This document shows positions 1-11,796 of a stretch of 64,000 nt of DNA, in pieces (the first letter of the stretch is position 1; every line of letters starts with the position of its first letter). The stretch comes from a virus: positions 7,159 through 71,158 of the IMG/VR virus record IMGVR_UViG_3300008267_005791; one strand, 5' to 3'. Made by a program: the position numbers and the translations under genes. The notes beneath the pieces were generated by a model. That model was not told the DNA's origin. It ran no database searches and was given only the letters and a program-made list of their open reading frames with translations.

Positions 1-1599
1 ATTAATATAACAGTAATCCCAACAAATGGGTCTGTATTTTTAGGGTGGGGATTTGAACCCACCGGTGAACAGGGGATATTTCTTCCGGTAGGCACAAACA
101 CCTCGGAGTTCACATTCAGAAATGAAACATCTTGGTACGCAGTGTTTGATAAGGATTGTTCATATGAAAGTTCCAATTTTTGTTTTAATATTGATAAAGA
201 TAAATTATGTTCATCATGTGATGAACAAAAAAATGTATATTTTGATAACACTAATAATTTATACAACAATGTTGGTATCACCAATAACACATATTGGTAT
301 GGTAATTCAACATTAGAATCTTTAATAACTTTTTCTGGTGTGTCAACAACACATAGAGTTGGGTGGTCATTTGATATTAGTTCTTCCGAAATCAGTGGAG
401 GGGGGACTTTTAGAGAAAAAACTGAGAGTTCTTATACGGAAGGAAGACTAATTAAATGTGATAGAAACATTGGTACAAAAATTATAGAACTTGAGTGCCG
501 TCCATCAAATATAACAATACCATATATTGTTTTTCTATATAAAAATAATGAAAAATATTTAAGATTTGAGAGAACCGGAAATACCAATATTGAAGTGTTA
601 AATATACAAGGAAACCCTGTTAATAGACCTATTGATGTTTACAAATTAAAATATGTGTCTAAAAATAATCAAATAATAACCTTTAACTTAATTACCAAAA
701 CACAATTTAACAAACAAACTGTCGGAATTGGGTGTAATGGTGGTTATGTGAATTATGACTCAACAGTTAGTGTTAGACCATCATCGTCTGGTATTATAAC
801 CTCAGATGGTTTTTACTCACAATTAAATAATGGTCAATATTCCCCATATTCAGAAATATACGAAGTTAGAAATGGTGTTATTGTAAATAAAACATTTTGT
901 GGTTCAGATATTCTTGAATGTAATAGTCAATATAATACCACCGGTTTAATCAATTCTATAACTATTAGAGGAACTCACTCATGGGGCACATATAATAGAA
1001 CTTGGTCATCTAAAAATTTAGACATTACCCGTTATAATAATGGTGACCCAATACCACTTGTAACCGGAGCAACAGAGTGGGCGAATTTAACTACAGGAGC
1101 TTATTGTTATTATAATAACGATACATCTAATGGTAACACATACGGATTATTATATAATTGGTATGCGGTAAACGATTCAAGAGGGTTAGCCCCTGTCGGT
1201 TGGAGTATTCCAACAAGAGATGACATTATATGGTTAGTGAATAATTTTGAAAATAGTGGAGGTGTTGATTTAGGTTCCGGTGGGAGTCTGAAAGAAGTTG
1301 GATTCTCTCATTGGGATTCACCGAATTCAGGAGCCACTAATGAAAGTGGTTTTACTGCCTTACCCGGAGGTATTAGAATGATAGAAACTTTTAGTTTTGG
1401 TGTTAGACGAAGCGAGAATAAGTTTACTGACTTAAATAGATTTGGTTATTGGTGGACATCAACCGATAGAAATCTTTCAGTTAATGGGAAACCAACAGCT
1501 TATCAATATAATTTAAGTCATTCAAGTAAATTTTTAAGTGATTCAAATTCAACTAATTGGAAAGCAGCTGGATTATCAGTTAGATTAATAAGAAATTAA
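1..1599 (+). CDS. Virion/adhesin-like protein with C-terminal FISUMP (Fib_succ_major) domain; 5'-truncated
   Basis: Frame 1 is open from base 1 (INITVIPTNGSVFLGWG...), so the GTG at 142 is probably internal. The C-terminus has FISUMP motifs WSSKNLDITRYNNGDPIP, YGLLYNWYAV, GFTALPGG, GYWWTST, GLSVRLIR. Confidence 0.8.
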   Translation: MNITVIPTNGSVFLGWGFEPTGEQGIFLPVGTNTSEFTFRNETSWYAVFDKDCSYESSNFCFNIDKDKLCSSCDEQKNVYFDNTNNLYNNVGITNNTYWYGNSTLESLITFSGVSTTHRVGWSFDISSSEISGGGTFREKTESSYTEGRLIKCDRNIGTKIIELECRPSNITIPYIVFLYKNNEKYLRFERTGNTNIEVLNIQGNPVNRPIDVYKLKYVSKNNQIITFNLITKTQFNKQTVGIGCNGGYVNYDSTVSVRPSSSGIITSDGFYSQLNNGQYSPYSEIYEVRNGVIVNKTFCGSDILECNSQYNTTGLINSITIRGTHSWGTYNRTWSSKNLDITRYNNGDPIPLVTGATEWANLTTGAYCYYNNDTSNGNTYGLLYNWYAVNDSRGLAPVGWSIPTRDDIIWLVNNFENSGGVDLGSGGSLKEVGFSHWDSPNSGATNESGFTALPGGIRMIETFSFGVRRSENKFTDLNRFGYWWTSTDRNLSVNGKPTAYQYNLSHSSKFLSDSNSTNWKAAGLSVRLIRN

Positions 1600-1611
1600 T
1601 AAAATATAATT

Positions 1612-4600
1612 ATGTTAGAAAGTTCATCACCAATATACACTTTTACGGAATCAGATTACGATTCATCTTCACCTAAATTTATAACGAATTCTGATTTCCC
1701 TAGAAATCTACGATTTGCAACTAAAGTAATCCCATTAAAACTAAGTAATAAAAATCATGGTGTAGTAACAATTGAGATTCACCCTTCCGATAATATAGAT
1801 TACGGATGCGTGTCTTTTATACATCCTAACGGAGCCTCAACATCAGTGTCTGCAACTAAAGATGGTTTATATGTTCCGTCAGATTCATCGTTAATGAATG
1901 TGAATGTGTTTATGAAAGATGGTCTTAGAGGAAATACAAGGTTTTATATTATAGTAAACTCCGACCAAACCAAAACTTCGGATATATTATTGATTAATAT
2001 TGGTTTGGGTCAAATTAAAGTTAAAGATGAGGTATCTTCAGTTTCAATTTCATACGGGTGTCCGGTTAATGTATACTCTTATAATATGGGTATGCATGTT
2101 TATTCCCCATATGATTCTATATATTCACCTAAATTAAGGACTATACTATATTCTTTTACAGAATTATCTCAATGGACAAATAACACTTTAGTTTATTCCT
2201 CACGATTATTTAATAATCCATCTTTACCATATTATTATGGGTATGGTAATAAAGTATATAAAGTTGGTGGGTCACTTGATAGAGCTTTCGGTACAACTAC
2301 TTATTATAGAACAATTAAAAAAAATGCCTTCTCAAAAGTAAAAACAACAACAATAACAGATGGACCTAGGTCGTATTACGATTCAATTAAAGATGAATCA
2401 CCAGCTTGTGTGGTTCCAAAAATGAGTGATATTGGTAAAATTAAAGAAATAATATTATCGGAAACAATATCACAACCACTTACCTATCGTTATTATTTTG
2501 GGTTTGACAATAAAATTAGAGAAAACTCAAGTAAAAATACTTTTACTTTATATAGTTTTACCAATAAATCTCATTACCCAATCATAGGTTCTGTTCACGC
2601 GTTAATTAAATTAGGTGCGGGATTATTAAATGGTTATGATTATAGTGAATTTGATTGGAGAAAAATAGTAAGTTTCCAAGGAATGTCAGGAATCATGAAT
2701 TGGAAAAGTGGGAATAATTTTGCAGCCGCTGGTGCTGGTGTGGGTGTTGCAAGTTTAGCGTTAAACGCCATAATTGTTGCCGGTACTTGTGTTTGTACAT
2801 ACACAGCCGCATCAACAATTATGGGTCTGAATGTTATCCCCGGTATAGGTACAATAATAGCCATTGGACTTTTGGCGGTTTTTATAGTAATTAAACTTTT
2901 CAAAAAAACAACGATAGTTACTCAAGAAGATTGTAAAATATTCTTACATAGATATTGCTCAACACCATATATAGAAACTAATCGTAAATTGTTTAATAAA
3001 AATGGTTCCAACGCCACCGCTGGATTTTATTGTGACGGTATTTACTATTATTATCAAAATTATGACGGAATAATAACAAGTAAGACCGAATGTTCCGGAA
3101 GTTTTTATAATTATTTCCAAGAAGGGTCTACAAACATAACCTATTCTCAACAATCTTCAATAACACCGGACAATCCAACATTAGTAACACTTTGGGAACA
3201 TTTAATAGTATTACCTTACACATCAGGTAAACCAGAACCAATCTGTAAGGGAACCATTTACTATAGTATATTATATGAAAAGGAAGTACCTAACAATTGT
3301 TGTGGTTTAGAAATATTCACCCCAACAAAAATTACGATTCCGGCTGGTCAAGAGTTTAGTTGTATTAGTCAATTAGATGCAAATAATAAGGCTAAAACAT
3401 TATTAGACACATCGTATGAGTATGCTATAACACATGGAAATTATTCAGAATCAATTCCGGATGAATATTACGGAATTTTAGATTCAAAATTTACAAACGT
3501 ATCGTGGGTAGAATTTGAGCTTTTAAACTCTTCAGTTATTTCAGAATCTGTAAGATTATTTTTTGATAATAGAGATATGTTAGGATTAATAGTTGGTAAA
3601 ACCGTTTATTTTGACCCTTCTGGATGTCAAAAAGCTTTAGAAGGGTATTACACCGGTGCACCATATGGAGGTAGTAATGACGAAAACCCATCAAAAATAC
3701 TTATTAATCAACCGGTAAAAACATATCAAGTAGAGTCCGGTAAAATAAAAACAATCACTAATGAGACAAAAACCATAACCTTCTACCCTTCATATATTAG
3801 TAATTGGTTTTTAACTGATGTATCTATTTCATCATTACTTCAAATTAAACAATTAATGGATGATTCTAGAACTTTTGACCCAACAACACTAGAAAATAAT
3901 GTTAAGTGCTACCAAGGTTTGATTAAAAAAACATCCTCAGATTATTCAGTTGTTCAAGATTTATTACTATTTTCCGGAAATACTTATGTTCCGGCACCTG
4001 AAGGATTTTATTTACCTCTAATAGATTGGATTGAGTACAACCCTTTTTATTATAGTAAACCTGATGAAATAGTGTTAAATATTTCTGAAAATTGTGATAC
4101 TAAAACTATTAAAGGATTTAATATTATTGGTATTAGTAAAACAACAAATAGTAACACTCCGGTTCATAATGAAGTTACAGTTGAGGTTATTGTGAAAAGT
4201 GTTAACAACAAATCTAAAACATATACCGCAACAACATCCTCAACATTAACTAAAACATTAATACCTTACGGCTCTTTCTTTAATTCATCTGATATTATAA
4301 GTGAAATTACAATAACTAAAATTTTAACAAAGTCGCCGTTAAATAATATAACATATTCAATAGGAGGGTCATATCTATGTCCAAATATTAATAACACAAT
4401 AATACCTTGTGGTGGCACATTTTCCCCAAACGCGAATAATTCAAATTTAAGTGTTGGTTATTATGAAATGATAACAAATATTGGTGAATTAACTGGTATC
4501 ACATCAATAGATTTTAACGCCGGAGACACCCCTGATAGATTTCAAATTTACTGGAACGATAAATTAGTTGGGGATTCTTTATTTGTGGGGGATTCTTTAA

Positions 4601-5841
4601 ATAGTTCTAATCGTCAATATTATATTAATGAAATTTTAAAAATAAAATCATTAAATAAATTTGTATTTGAGAATAATGTGTGGAAACAAACAATACCACA
4701 AAAAATTAACACATCGTATTCATTATCTGACATAGCAAGTAATGGCGTTAGACTTTCAGAAAATTCAGTACCTTCACCTCAAGTAGGTGTTGATAGGTAT
4801 TATGGTGCCGATATTTCTGATGGGAACGTAAGATTAAAGTTTAATAAATTAACATCTTTACCATCATACATTAGAATTGTTATAATCTCACCATTAGGTG
4901 GTTCTAATTGGGTTATTGATAAATTAAATTGTAATACCCCACCTAGTATAATACCATTCAAATACAGACTTAATGGTGATGGTACAACATTATCAAAAAC
5001 TAATCAATTTGGTTTTGTTTTTAACGATGCAAAGGATTCCATATCATTTTCAAGATGTAACGAGTTTTCACTTTCAAGTCCATACCTAAAAAGGACAGCG
5101 TCTTTACAAATAAAATCACCAATAGGTGAAATACCAATTACATTAAAAATATATAAAAACGACATATTTTTTTCTAGTGTAACATCAACCACAATTCAAA
5201 ACGAATGGTCTTTAGGTGGTACTTTATTATCCAGTACTATTAACTGTGAAAATGTTAATGATTATTATACATTTAGTATTGATTACACACAACCTATAAC
5301 ATATGTTGCTAGAGTATATATTACAACCTCCTTCAGTTCCTATAATACATTGGGTCAATATTTGGGGGTGGGGAATAATTATAATTACATCGCACAAGAA
5401 ATACCAACATTATTACCAACACCAACACCAACAACTACACCGACACCAACACCCGCACCAGCATATTTTATAGCTACTTTAACGGTGGGTAATATTAGAG
5501 AAATAACATGGGGTTACATGTTTAATAATTTTGGGTCAATCACTAACCAATCTATTAATCTTCCTATTGGGGGGACAAACATTATTCTTAAATCGGTGTT
5601 TTGGACGTTAAATTCCGATGGACTAGGAGGTACCTTTACAATTAGAATATCTAACAATTCGAGTACAATAATCCCAAATTGGACAAGATTTGTTGTTCTA
5701 GGTAATTTGGAAGTTTTCCGAGCATCCATGATTGAGGTGGGGTATAAATCTTCTGGTGAATTTTGGGAGTGGTCTCAACCCGTAGCGAGGTCACCATTTG
5801 GTTTAATTAATGGACAAACGAGAACAATAACTTTAACATAA
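1612..5841 (+). CDS. Large putative structural protein (1409 aa) with hydrophobic segment, DUF5977-like repeat and PT linker
   Basis: Long ORF rich in S/T/N/Y. IPAGQEFSCISQLDANNKA resembles DUF5977; Gly/Ala-rich hydrophobic stretch at about aa 370-430; [13 protein letters not shown] near the C-terminus. Confidence 0.6.
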   Translation: MLESSSPIYTFTESDYDSSSPKFITNSDFPRNLRFATKVIPLKLSNKNHGVVTIEIHPSDNIDYGCVSFIHPNGASTSVSATKDGLYVPSDSSLMNVNVFMKDGLRGNTRFYIIVNSDQTKTSDILLINIGLGQIKVKDEVSSVSISYGCPVNVYSYNMGMHVYSPYDSIYSPKLRTILYSFTELSQWTNNTLVYSSRLFNNPSLPYYYGYGNKVYKVGGSLDRAFGTTTYYRTIKKNAFSKVKTTTITDGPRSYYDSIKDESPACVVPKMSDIGKIKEIILSETISQPLTYRYYFGFDNKIRENSSKNTFTLYSFTNKSHYPIIGSVHALIKLGAGLLNGYDYSEFDWRKIVSFQGMSGIMNWKSGNNFAAAGAGVGVASLALNAIIVAGTCVCTYTAASTIMGLNVIPGIGTIIAIGLLAVFIVIKLFKKTTIVTQEDCKIFLHRYCSTPYIETNRKLFNKNGSNATAGFYCDGIYYYYQNYDGIITSKTECSGSFYNYFQEGSTNITYSQQSSITPDNPTLVTLWEHLIVLPYTSGKPEPICKGTIYYSILYEKEVPNNCCGLEIFTPTKITIPAGQEFSCISQLDANNKAKTLLDTSYEYAITHGNYSESIPDEYYGILDSKFTNVSWVEFELLNSSVISESVRLFFDNRDMLGLIVGKTVYFDPSGCQKALEGYYTGAPYGGSNDENPSKILINQPVKTYQVESGKIKTITNETKTITFYPSYISNWFLTDVSISSLLQIKQLMDDSRTFDPTTLENNVKCYQGLIKKTSSDYSVVQDLLLFSGNTYVPAPEGFYLPLIDWIEYNPFYYSKPDEIVLNISENCDTKTIKGFNIIGISKTTNSNTPVHNEVTVEVIVKSVNNKSKTYTATTSSTLTKTLIPYGSFFNSSDIISEITITKILTKSPLNNITYSIGGSYLCPNINNTIIPCGGTFSPNANNSNLSVGYYEMITNIGELTGITSIDFNAGDTPDRFQIYWNDKLVGDSLFVGDSLNSSNRQYYINEILKIKSLNKFVFENNVWKQTIPQKINTSYSLSDIASNGVRLSENSVPSPQVGVDRYYGADISDGNVRLKFNKLTSLPSYIRIVIISPLGGSNWVIDKLNCNTPPSIIPFKYRLNGDGTTLSKTNQFGFVFNDAKDSISFSRCNEFSLSSPYLKRTASLQIKSPIGEIPITLKIYKNDIFFSSVTSTTIQNEWSLGGTLLSSTINCENVNDYYTFSIDYTQPITYVARVYITTSFSSYNTLGQYLGVGNNYNYIAQEIPTLLPTPTPTTTPTPTPAPAYFIATLTVGNIREITWGYMFNNFGSITNQSINLPIGGTNIILKSVFWTLNSDGLGGTFTIRISNNSSTIIPNWTRFVVLGNLEVFRASMIEVGYKSSGEFWEWSQPVARSPFGLINGQTRTITLT

Positions 5842-5870
5842 TTACATAATAAAAAAAAGAATTAAATAAA

Positions 5871-8800
5871 ATGAAACAATTTGATGTAAGATTAAATCAA
5901 CAAACTAGCGATGGTATCTACTCCATTTATTATAATGTAGGAAATGTAAGAAAACTTTCATATATATATAACCCAATAGGGGTTAGCCAAGATTTGGCAA
6001 CTAATATACCTGAATTGAGTTTAACAACTAACACAGGTGTTAGAGTTGAGGTACCCGATAACGCATCATATATTTCTGTGGTGAAAACTAATTTCTCTGA
6101 TAAAGAATTATTAACTTTTAGTAGATATGATAAGTTACCTTTAAGTTCAGGAACTACGGATGGATTTACATATTCTACCACAAATAGTAGTTTTTCTTTT
6201 AAACCCGGGAATTATTATCTTAGAGAAGTTGAGTTAAGTATTAACATTTGGACAAACGAATCATTTGTATTTAAACTACATTTATTTAAAAATGGTGTTG
6301 AAATTAAAGAATCAACTAAAACGATTAGTTCTGTTAAAGACAATACTAACGTTGTTCCCACTGTAAGACCTATTAGTGATTTTCCGGGAAAAATTTATAG
6401 TAGTGGATACGCCCATTGGTTTCTCCAAACTAACCCCTATAAAGAAGATTTTTATTGGGCGCCAGAAACTTTTGAGTGGGGTAGAGACGTATTAGGTCAA
6501 AATAAAGATACAATTTTTATTAGGTCTAATGTTCCTTATGTGGGAACACCTCCGTCTGGTTACACAGTTAAATCTGTACTTACTCTCCCTGGTTCTGCTA
6601 GAAGACAATCCGGTCACGATTTAATTAATGATAACCCCTCCGTTCTAAGTATTGATAATGTAAATGTTAACACTAACGATGTTTACACTTTTAAAATATC
6701 ATCAACCTCTGATTTTGAGTTTTCAAGTAAATTAACCTTTAAAACGATAAGTTCGGGTAGTACATCTACGGAGTTTCGTAAAGACGTTGGACTTGGCAGT
6801 ACGTATGCTAGAGGCGGTATGTACGATTTGAGAAATACTTTATATAGGGCGGATAACCCTAATAGAACTTTTTTTTCTACAGATATTTTATATACCGAAT
6901 GTCCGTCAAATCAAGAATGGATAGTAACACCAACACCGACAAGAACTCCTACAAGAACCCCTAAACCGACAAGAACTCCTACAAGAACCCCTAAACCAAC
7001 AAGGACACCTACAAGGACTCCTAAACCAACACCAACACCAACAAAAACACAAACATCAACTCCAACACAAACACCAACTCCAACACAAACACCACCAACT
7101 ATTGTACCTTTATGTTCTGTTTTATATAACGATAATGACGATAATGTATATTATTACTCTGTTTCAACAAACACATCAATAAAGTTATCCCTAACAAACG
7201 CAAATAGAGGTGGTAACACTTATAAGGGTGGTCCTGATATTGCTCACACAAAAAATAAACTTTGGTTGATGAATGAATCAGGTTTCTCTGAATATAATAT
7301 AAAATTACCTAGTTTTTATTCAAATTATAATAGATTAATAACCTACTCAGATAATTTCTATCCGGATAATGGACTTACAGCAATTTCAGATACCGTTCTT
7401 TTGGGTGTAAATAGTCTCTTTAATCCAAGAAGGGTGGTTGAGATTAATGTGTCGGGGGCAAAAACAACCATTAAAAATAAATTTGAATTAATTGCTAATA
7501 GATATATCACCGGAGATTTTTATAAAACAACCACCAATAAATTTTTAGCCCTTAATACAGATAGGAATAGCGATATTTGTTACTTGAGTCAATGGAATTA
7601 TTTAACAGGTGAACTAGAAGTTGATACTCCACTATCTTTATCTAATAATAGTTGTGATACATATGGTATTTTTGCGAGTGATGATAATATTTATATAACC
7701 TCAATTAACTCTGGTGGTACATCGACTAATCTATATTTAATTAATAAATTGTATCCATATAACGCTGTATATGTTAATACAATTAATAATCTTGTCTTTG
7801 GTGCATCTCAAATACCTGAATGTGTTACATTAGGTTTAGGGGAATTACCTCCAACACCAACACCAACACCTACAAAAACAATTGGTTTATCCCCAACTCC
7901 AACAACAACACCAACACAAACAATTGGTTTATCCCCAACAACAACACCAACACAAACAAAAACGCCAACACAAACAAAAACGCCAACAAAAACACCAACA
8001 CCAACAAGGACTCAAACTTTAACCCCGACTCCAACAACAACACCAACACAAACAATCGATTTATCTCCAACTACAACGCCAACACAAACAAAAACCCCAA
8101 CAAAAACTCCAACACAAACACCAACACAAACACCAACACAAACACCAACACCAACACCAACACTTAAACCTATTTATTTAACAAACGTAACATTAACATT
8201 TTCCAGTTATAATTGGACAAAACCTCCAACCGGTAAATGGACATTATCCAGCCCAATAAATGGGTCATTTAGAATATCTAATTGGGGTGTATATTCTGAA
8301 GGTAATTCTTCATTAGAGACTAATAGTTTTGGGATAAGTACAATTGGATTAGATAATATAGTTGAATATGATTTACCTATGGTGGGAGGAACTAAAGGGA
8401 GAGTTACCTCAAGTGCGGATTACTATCTTAAACGAGACTACGTTACAATATCTATTTGGGATGGTACTATTTGGGTTGACACAAATTATACAGTTAAGGA
8501 TGTTCCATCACCTAATTTTAAATTAAAAACTTTAAGTGGCGATATAATTGTTGTAACTATTATTATTGATTATGGAACTAAAAATTATTTTACACCAACT
8601 ACTAACGCTCGTCTTGGGAATGTCAAAAAACCTAATAATGAATATTCCGGTGGTAATAAATGGCAAGCAACTAATTTAGATGTTACAACATATAGAGATG
8701 GTACACCTCTTATTGATGCCAGTAATTATACTAATTCACAATGGTCATCGTTAATTGAAGGTGCTTGGTGTTACCCAAATGGTAGAATTAATTATGATTA

Positions 8801-10448
8801 TATTGACACATTTGAAAACATACTTTTAGATGATAATTTTGATTACTCCGCAACAACCAATTTATCGTATCAATCAACTATTGATTATTTAGGGAATCCT
8901 CATCAATGGTTGCCACACACAATAAACGAAGGGATTAACCCAATTAAGGTAGTTCCTACAGGATTAACATTTTCAAATTATAATCAAGTTTTAACAAATA
9001 ATTCAATTTCTTTAAATTACAGTGGAGAAAGTGTGTATAACACATTTAATGGTTTAGGGTCAAATAATATTTATTGTTCATTCCTTATCAAATCTTCAAG
9101 GTTAACAAATAATGGTGGAAAATTCTTTAGTCTAAGGGAAAGTAAAGATGGGGATGAAAGAGGTTTAGTGTCTATAATACCAGTAACAGCATCAACATTT
9201 AGATTTGGGTTGTCATTTGGTTCATCATCAATAGTGACTCAAAGTTCCTCAACATATAATTTTAACCAAATATATCTTGTGGTTGTTAAATATAGTGTAT
9301 CAACATCCATTAATTCATCACCAACAACTAGTCTCTATGTATTTAAGGAATTTGACGATTTAACATTAGAACCTTCCATACCAACTATAGGACCATTAAC
9401 CGGAAGTCAAAGTGGAATAACCCCAAATGTTATTAGTTTTAATCAAGGTATTGGTGTAATATCTTTAATTGACGGACTTAGAGTGTCTAATATTTGGAAT
9501 ATTAAAATAACTATTGGTAATAAACCGGAGTACGGTAAACTTTATAATTCATATGCCGTTAATGATACAGCTCATGGTGGTTTAGCACCTGAAGGGTTTC
9601 GTATTCCGACAAGTGTTGAGTGGAATAATTTAATTGATTCTTTAGGTGGTTATTCCTCCGGTGGTAAAATGTGTGAAACGGGTTCAAAACATTGGATTCA
9701 AAATAAATCTTTTGTAACCACCGATGAAGTTGGATTACGTATTTTACCCGCAGGTGTTAGAGGATTCAATAAAGATACAGGTTTTTTTGAATATGAGGAA
9801 TCTTTTAAATATTTAGCGTCATTTTGGTCGTCAAAAGGTTTATTAAATTATAATCAAACAATAACAATAAATTCTGCCAGTAACAATATTGAAATAGATA
9901 GTTATATAGAAAAAACAAATGGTCTCTCTGTTCGTTGTATTGTTGACGATTTTAGTAATTTACCACCAGAATTACCATCTACTGAACCTAATTTGGTTTG
10001 TGTTGAATATGAACTTGGCTCAAGTTATTATGAAGGTACTAAAGCAATAAAAACAAACGAATCAAGTTCTGTTTGGTTACTTAATAATGGTAGGAAGTAC
10101 GGATTTATATCGTGGAACTCTTGGAAGGTATACGGTTTGGATAATTCACCACCTGGCGGAAATAACTACACAAATTCCAATAATTGGACTATTGTAAGTG
10201 TTGAGGACGCTAATTCTATAACTGACGGAGGTTGGGTTGATGAAAATGGTGTTATTAATAATTATGAAGAGCAAACCCCACCAAGAGGAGGTAATGGATG
10301 TTATTTTTATTACCTTAATTGTGAAAAAGTGTTTGTAAATATTTTTGTTGATGTTGGAACATATAAAACGGTTTTATGTTATCCAAACACAACACCAATT
10401 CTCAGTAATTGTTCAATTGTGACAAACTCGGAAATTAATCGTAAATAG
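5871..10448 (+). CDS. Large Pro-Thr-repeat virion/adhesin protein with interrupted FISUMP domain
   Basis: Two long PT/PK/TR linkers. FISUMP motifs [14 protein letters not shown]...GAWCY and [10 protein letters not shown]...GLSVRCI are separated by a beta-sandwich insert. Confidence 0.7.
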   Translation: MKQFDVRLNQQTSDGIYSIYYNVGNVRKLSYIYNPIGVSQDLATNIPELSLTTNTGVRVEVPDNASYISVVKTNFSDKELLTFSRYDKLPLSSGTTDGFTYSTTNSSFSFKPGNYYLREVELSINIWTNESFVFKLHLFKNGVEIKESTKTISSVKDNTNVVPTVRPISDFPGKIYSSGYAHWFLQTNPYKEDFYWAPETFEWGRDVLGQNKDTIFIRSNVPYVGTPPSGYTVKSVLTLPGSARRQSGHDLINDNPSVLSIDNVNVNTNDVYTFKISSTSDFEFSSKLTFKTISSGSTSTEFRKDVGLGSTYARGGMYDLRNTLYRADNPNRTFFSTDILYTECPSNQEWIVTPTPTRTPTRTPKPTRTPTRTPKPTRTPTRTPKPTPTPTKTQTSTPTQTPTPTQTPPTIVPLCSVLYNDNDDNVYYYSVSTNTSIKLSLTNANRGGNTYKGGPDIAHTKNKLWLMNESGFSEYNIKLPSFYSNYNRLITYSDNFYPDNGLTAISDTVLLGVNSLFNPRRVVEINVSGAKTTIKNKFELIANRYITGDFYKTTTNKFLALNTDRNSDICYLSQWNYLTGELEVDTPLSLSNNSCDTYGIFASDDNIYITSINSGGTSTNLYLINKLYPYNAVYVNTINNLVFGASQIPECVTLGLGELPPTPTPTPTKTIGLSPTPTTTPTQTIGLSPTTTPTQTKTPTQTKTPTKTPTPTRTQTLTPTPTTTPTQTIDLSPTTTPTQTKTPTKTPTQTPTQTPTQTPTPTPTLKPIYLTNVTLTFSSYNWTKPPTGKWTLSSPINGSFRISNWGVYSEGNSSLETNSFGISTIGLDNIVEYDLPMVGGTKGRVTSSADYYLKRDYVTISIWDGTIWVDTNYTVKDVPSPNFKLKTLSGDIIVVTIIIDYGTKNYFTPTTNARLGNVKKPNNEYSGGNKWQATNLDVTTYRDGTPLIDASNYTNSQWSSLIEGAWCYPNGRINYDYIDTFENILLDDNFDYSATTNLSYQSTIDYLGNPHQWLPHTINEGINPIKVVPTGLTFSNYNQVLTNNSISLNYSGESVYNTFNGLGSNNIYCSFLIKSSRLTNNGGKFFSLRESKDGDERGLVSIIPVTASTFRFGLSFGSSSIVTQSSSTYNFNQIYLVVVKYSVSTSINSSPTTSLYVFKEFDDLTLEPSIPTIGPLTGSQSGITPNVISFNQGIGVISLIDGLRVSNIWNIKITIGNKPEYGKLYNSYAVNDTAHGGLAPEGFRIPTSVEWNNLIDSLGGYSSGGKMCETGSKHWIQNKSFVTTDEVGLRILPAGVRGFNKDTGFFEYEESFKYLASFWSSKGLLNYNQTITINSASNNIEIDSYIEKTNGLSVRCIVDDFSNLPPELPSTEPNLVCVEYELGSSYYEGTKAIKTNESSSVWLLNNGRKYGFISWNSWKVYGLDNSPPGGNNYTNSNNWTIVSVEDANSITDGGWVDENGVINNYEEQTPPRGGNGCYFYYLNCEKVFVNIFVDVGTYKTVLCYPNTTPILSNCSIVTNSEINRK
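6926..7100 (+). repeat. Coding tandem repeat (TPTRTPKP / TPTQ) mucin-like linker
   Basis: Repeated ACAAGAACTCCTACAAGAACCCCTAAACC units and CCAACA units. Confidence 0.9.
7847..8163 (+). repeat. Coding Pro-Thr low-complexity repeat with duplicated TIGLSPT units
   Basis: About 105 codons dominated by CCA/ACA/ACT. Confidence 0.9.
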
Positions 10449-10451
10449 GAT

Positions 10452-10494
10452 AAATAACTTTAACATTATTATAGTGTTAAAGTTATTTTTTTTT
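10452..10494 (+). terminator. Intrinsic terminator-like hairpin after the 1525-aa gene
   Basis: AAATAACTTTAACA...TGTTAAAGTTATTT inverted repeat followed by a T run. Confidence 0.7.
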
Positions 10495-10545
10495 ATATTT
10501 ATTTATTTTTTTAAAATTGTATTTTTTAAATAAATTAAGATAAAT

Positions 10546-11793
10546 ATGAAAATTTTTGTGCAAATCGCGTCCTATCGTGACCCCCAACTTATTCCAACAA
10601 TTAAGTCAATGTTGGAGAATGCAAAAAAACCTAAAAATTTAGTAATTGGAATCTGTCGTCAATATCACCCGGAAGACGGGTTTGATGATTTATCTGAATA
10701 CGCAAAAGATAAAAGATTTAGAGTTGTTGATGTTCTATACACCGAATCTAAAGGTGTTTGTTGGGCTAGAAACCAAGTACAACAATTATATAAAGGTGAG
10801 GAATATACCTTACAAATTGATTCTCATATGAGATTTGAGAAGGATTGGGATGACACCTTAATTAAAATGATTAAACAACTTCAAAAGAAAGGATTTAAGA
10901 AACCTTTATTAACAGGATATGTTTCTTCATTTGACCCTGACAATGACCCTGCAGGTAGAGTCAAAGAACCTTGGAGAATGTCGTTTGATAGATTTATACC
11001 AGAAGGGGCTGTCTTCTTCTTACCTGAAACAATTCCGGGGTGGGAAACTCTTACAGAACCCGTTACCTCAAGATTTTATTCTGCACATATGGCATTTACA
11101 TTGGGTCAATTCAGTGTTGAGGTTCAACACGACCCTGAGTTCTATTTCCACGGTGAGGAAATATCAATCGCTGTTAGAGCGTTCACCCACGGATATGATT
11201 TATTTCACCCACACAAAACCGTTATTTGGCACGAATATACTCGTAAGGGTAGAACCAAACAATGGGATGATGATAAAGAGTGGGGTAAGAAAAATGAATT
11301 GTCTCATTTAAAAAATCGTCAATTATTTGGTATGGATGGTGAAGAGGTTACTATGGATTTTAGTTATTACGGTTTTGGGACTGAAAGAACATTAAAAGAT
11401 TATGAGATTTATTCAGGTCTTAAATTTTCAAATAGAGCTGTACAACAATATACATTAGATAAACATTACGCTCCAAATCCAACAATTTATGAAACTGAAG
11501 AAGAATGGTTGGCAAGTTATGCTAGCATCTTTAAGCATTGTATTGATATTGGATTTACTCAAGTCCCGGAAAAGGATTATGAGTTTTGGGTTGTTGCTTT
11601 TCACGATGAAAATGATGAAACGATAAATAGAAAAGATGCTGACATCAATGAGATTAATAATATGATGAGAGACCCTGACGGGTATTGTAAAGTTTGGAGA
11701 GAATTTCAAACAACTCATAAACCAAAATACTGGGTTGTTTGGCCGTTTAGTAAGTCAAAAGGTTGGTGTGAAAGAATAACGGGGAATTTATAA
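10546..11793 (+). CDS. GT60-like (GlcNAc-transferase family) polypeptide/hydroxyproline alpha-GlcNAc transferase
   Basis: N-terminal IFVQIASYRDP, GVCWAR, LQIDSHMRF..DWD, FHGEEI..AVRAFTHGYD and WHEY motifs typical of the Skp1-HyPro GlcNAc transferase family. Confidence 0.85.
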   Translation: MKIFVQIASYRDPQLIPTIKSMLENAKKPKNLVIGICRQYHPEDGFDDLSEYAKDKRFRVVDVLYTESKGVCWARNQVQQLYKGEEYTLQIDSHMRFEKDWDDTLIKMIKQLQKKGFKKPLLTGYVSSFDPDNDPAGRVKEPWRMSFDRFIPEGAVFFLPETIPGWETLTEPVTSRFYSAHMAFTLGQFSVEVQHDPEFYFHGEEISIAVRAFTHGYDLFHPHKTVIWHEYTRKGRTKQWDDDKEWGKKNELSHLKNRQLFGMDGEEVTMDFSYYGFGTERTLKDYEIYSGLKFSNRAVQQYTLDKHYAPNPTIYETEEEWLASYASIFKHCIDIGFTQVPEKDYEFWVVAFHDENDETINRKDADINEINNMMRDPDGYCKVWREFQTTHKPKYWVVWPFSKSKGWCERITGNL

Positions 11794-11796
11794 TAT

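Noticed and set aside
7820-8167. Alternative-frame Asn-Thr ORF and antisense hydrophobic ORFs over PT repeats (also 19675-19947, 23232-23417)
   Set aside because: Shadow ORFs produced by stop-free CCAACA repeats inside real genes.
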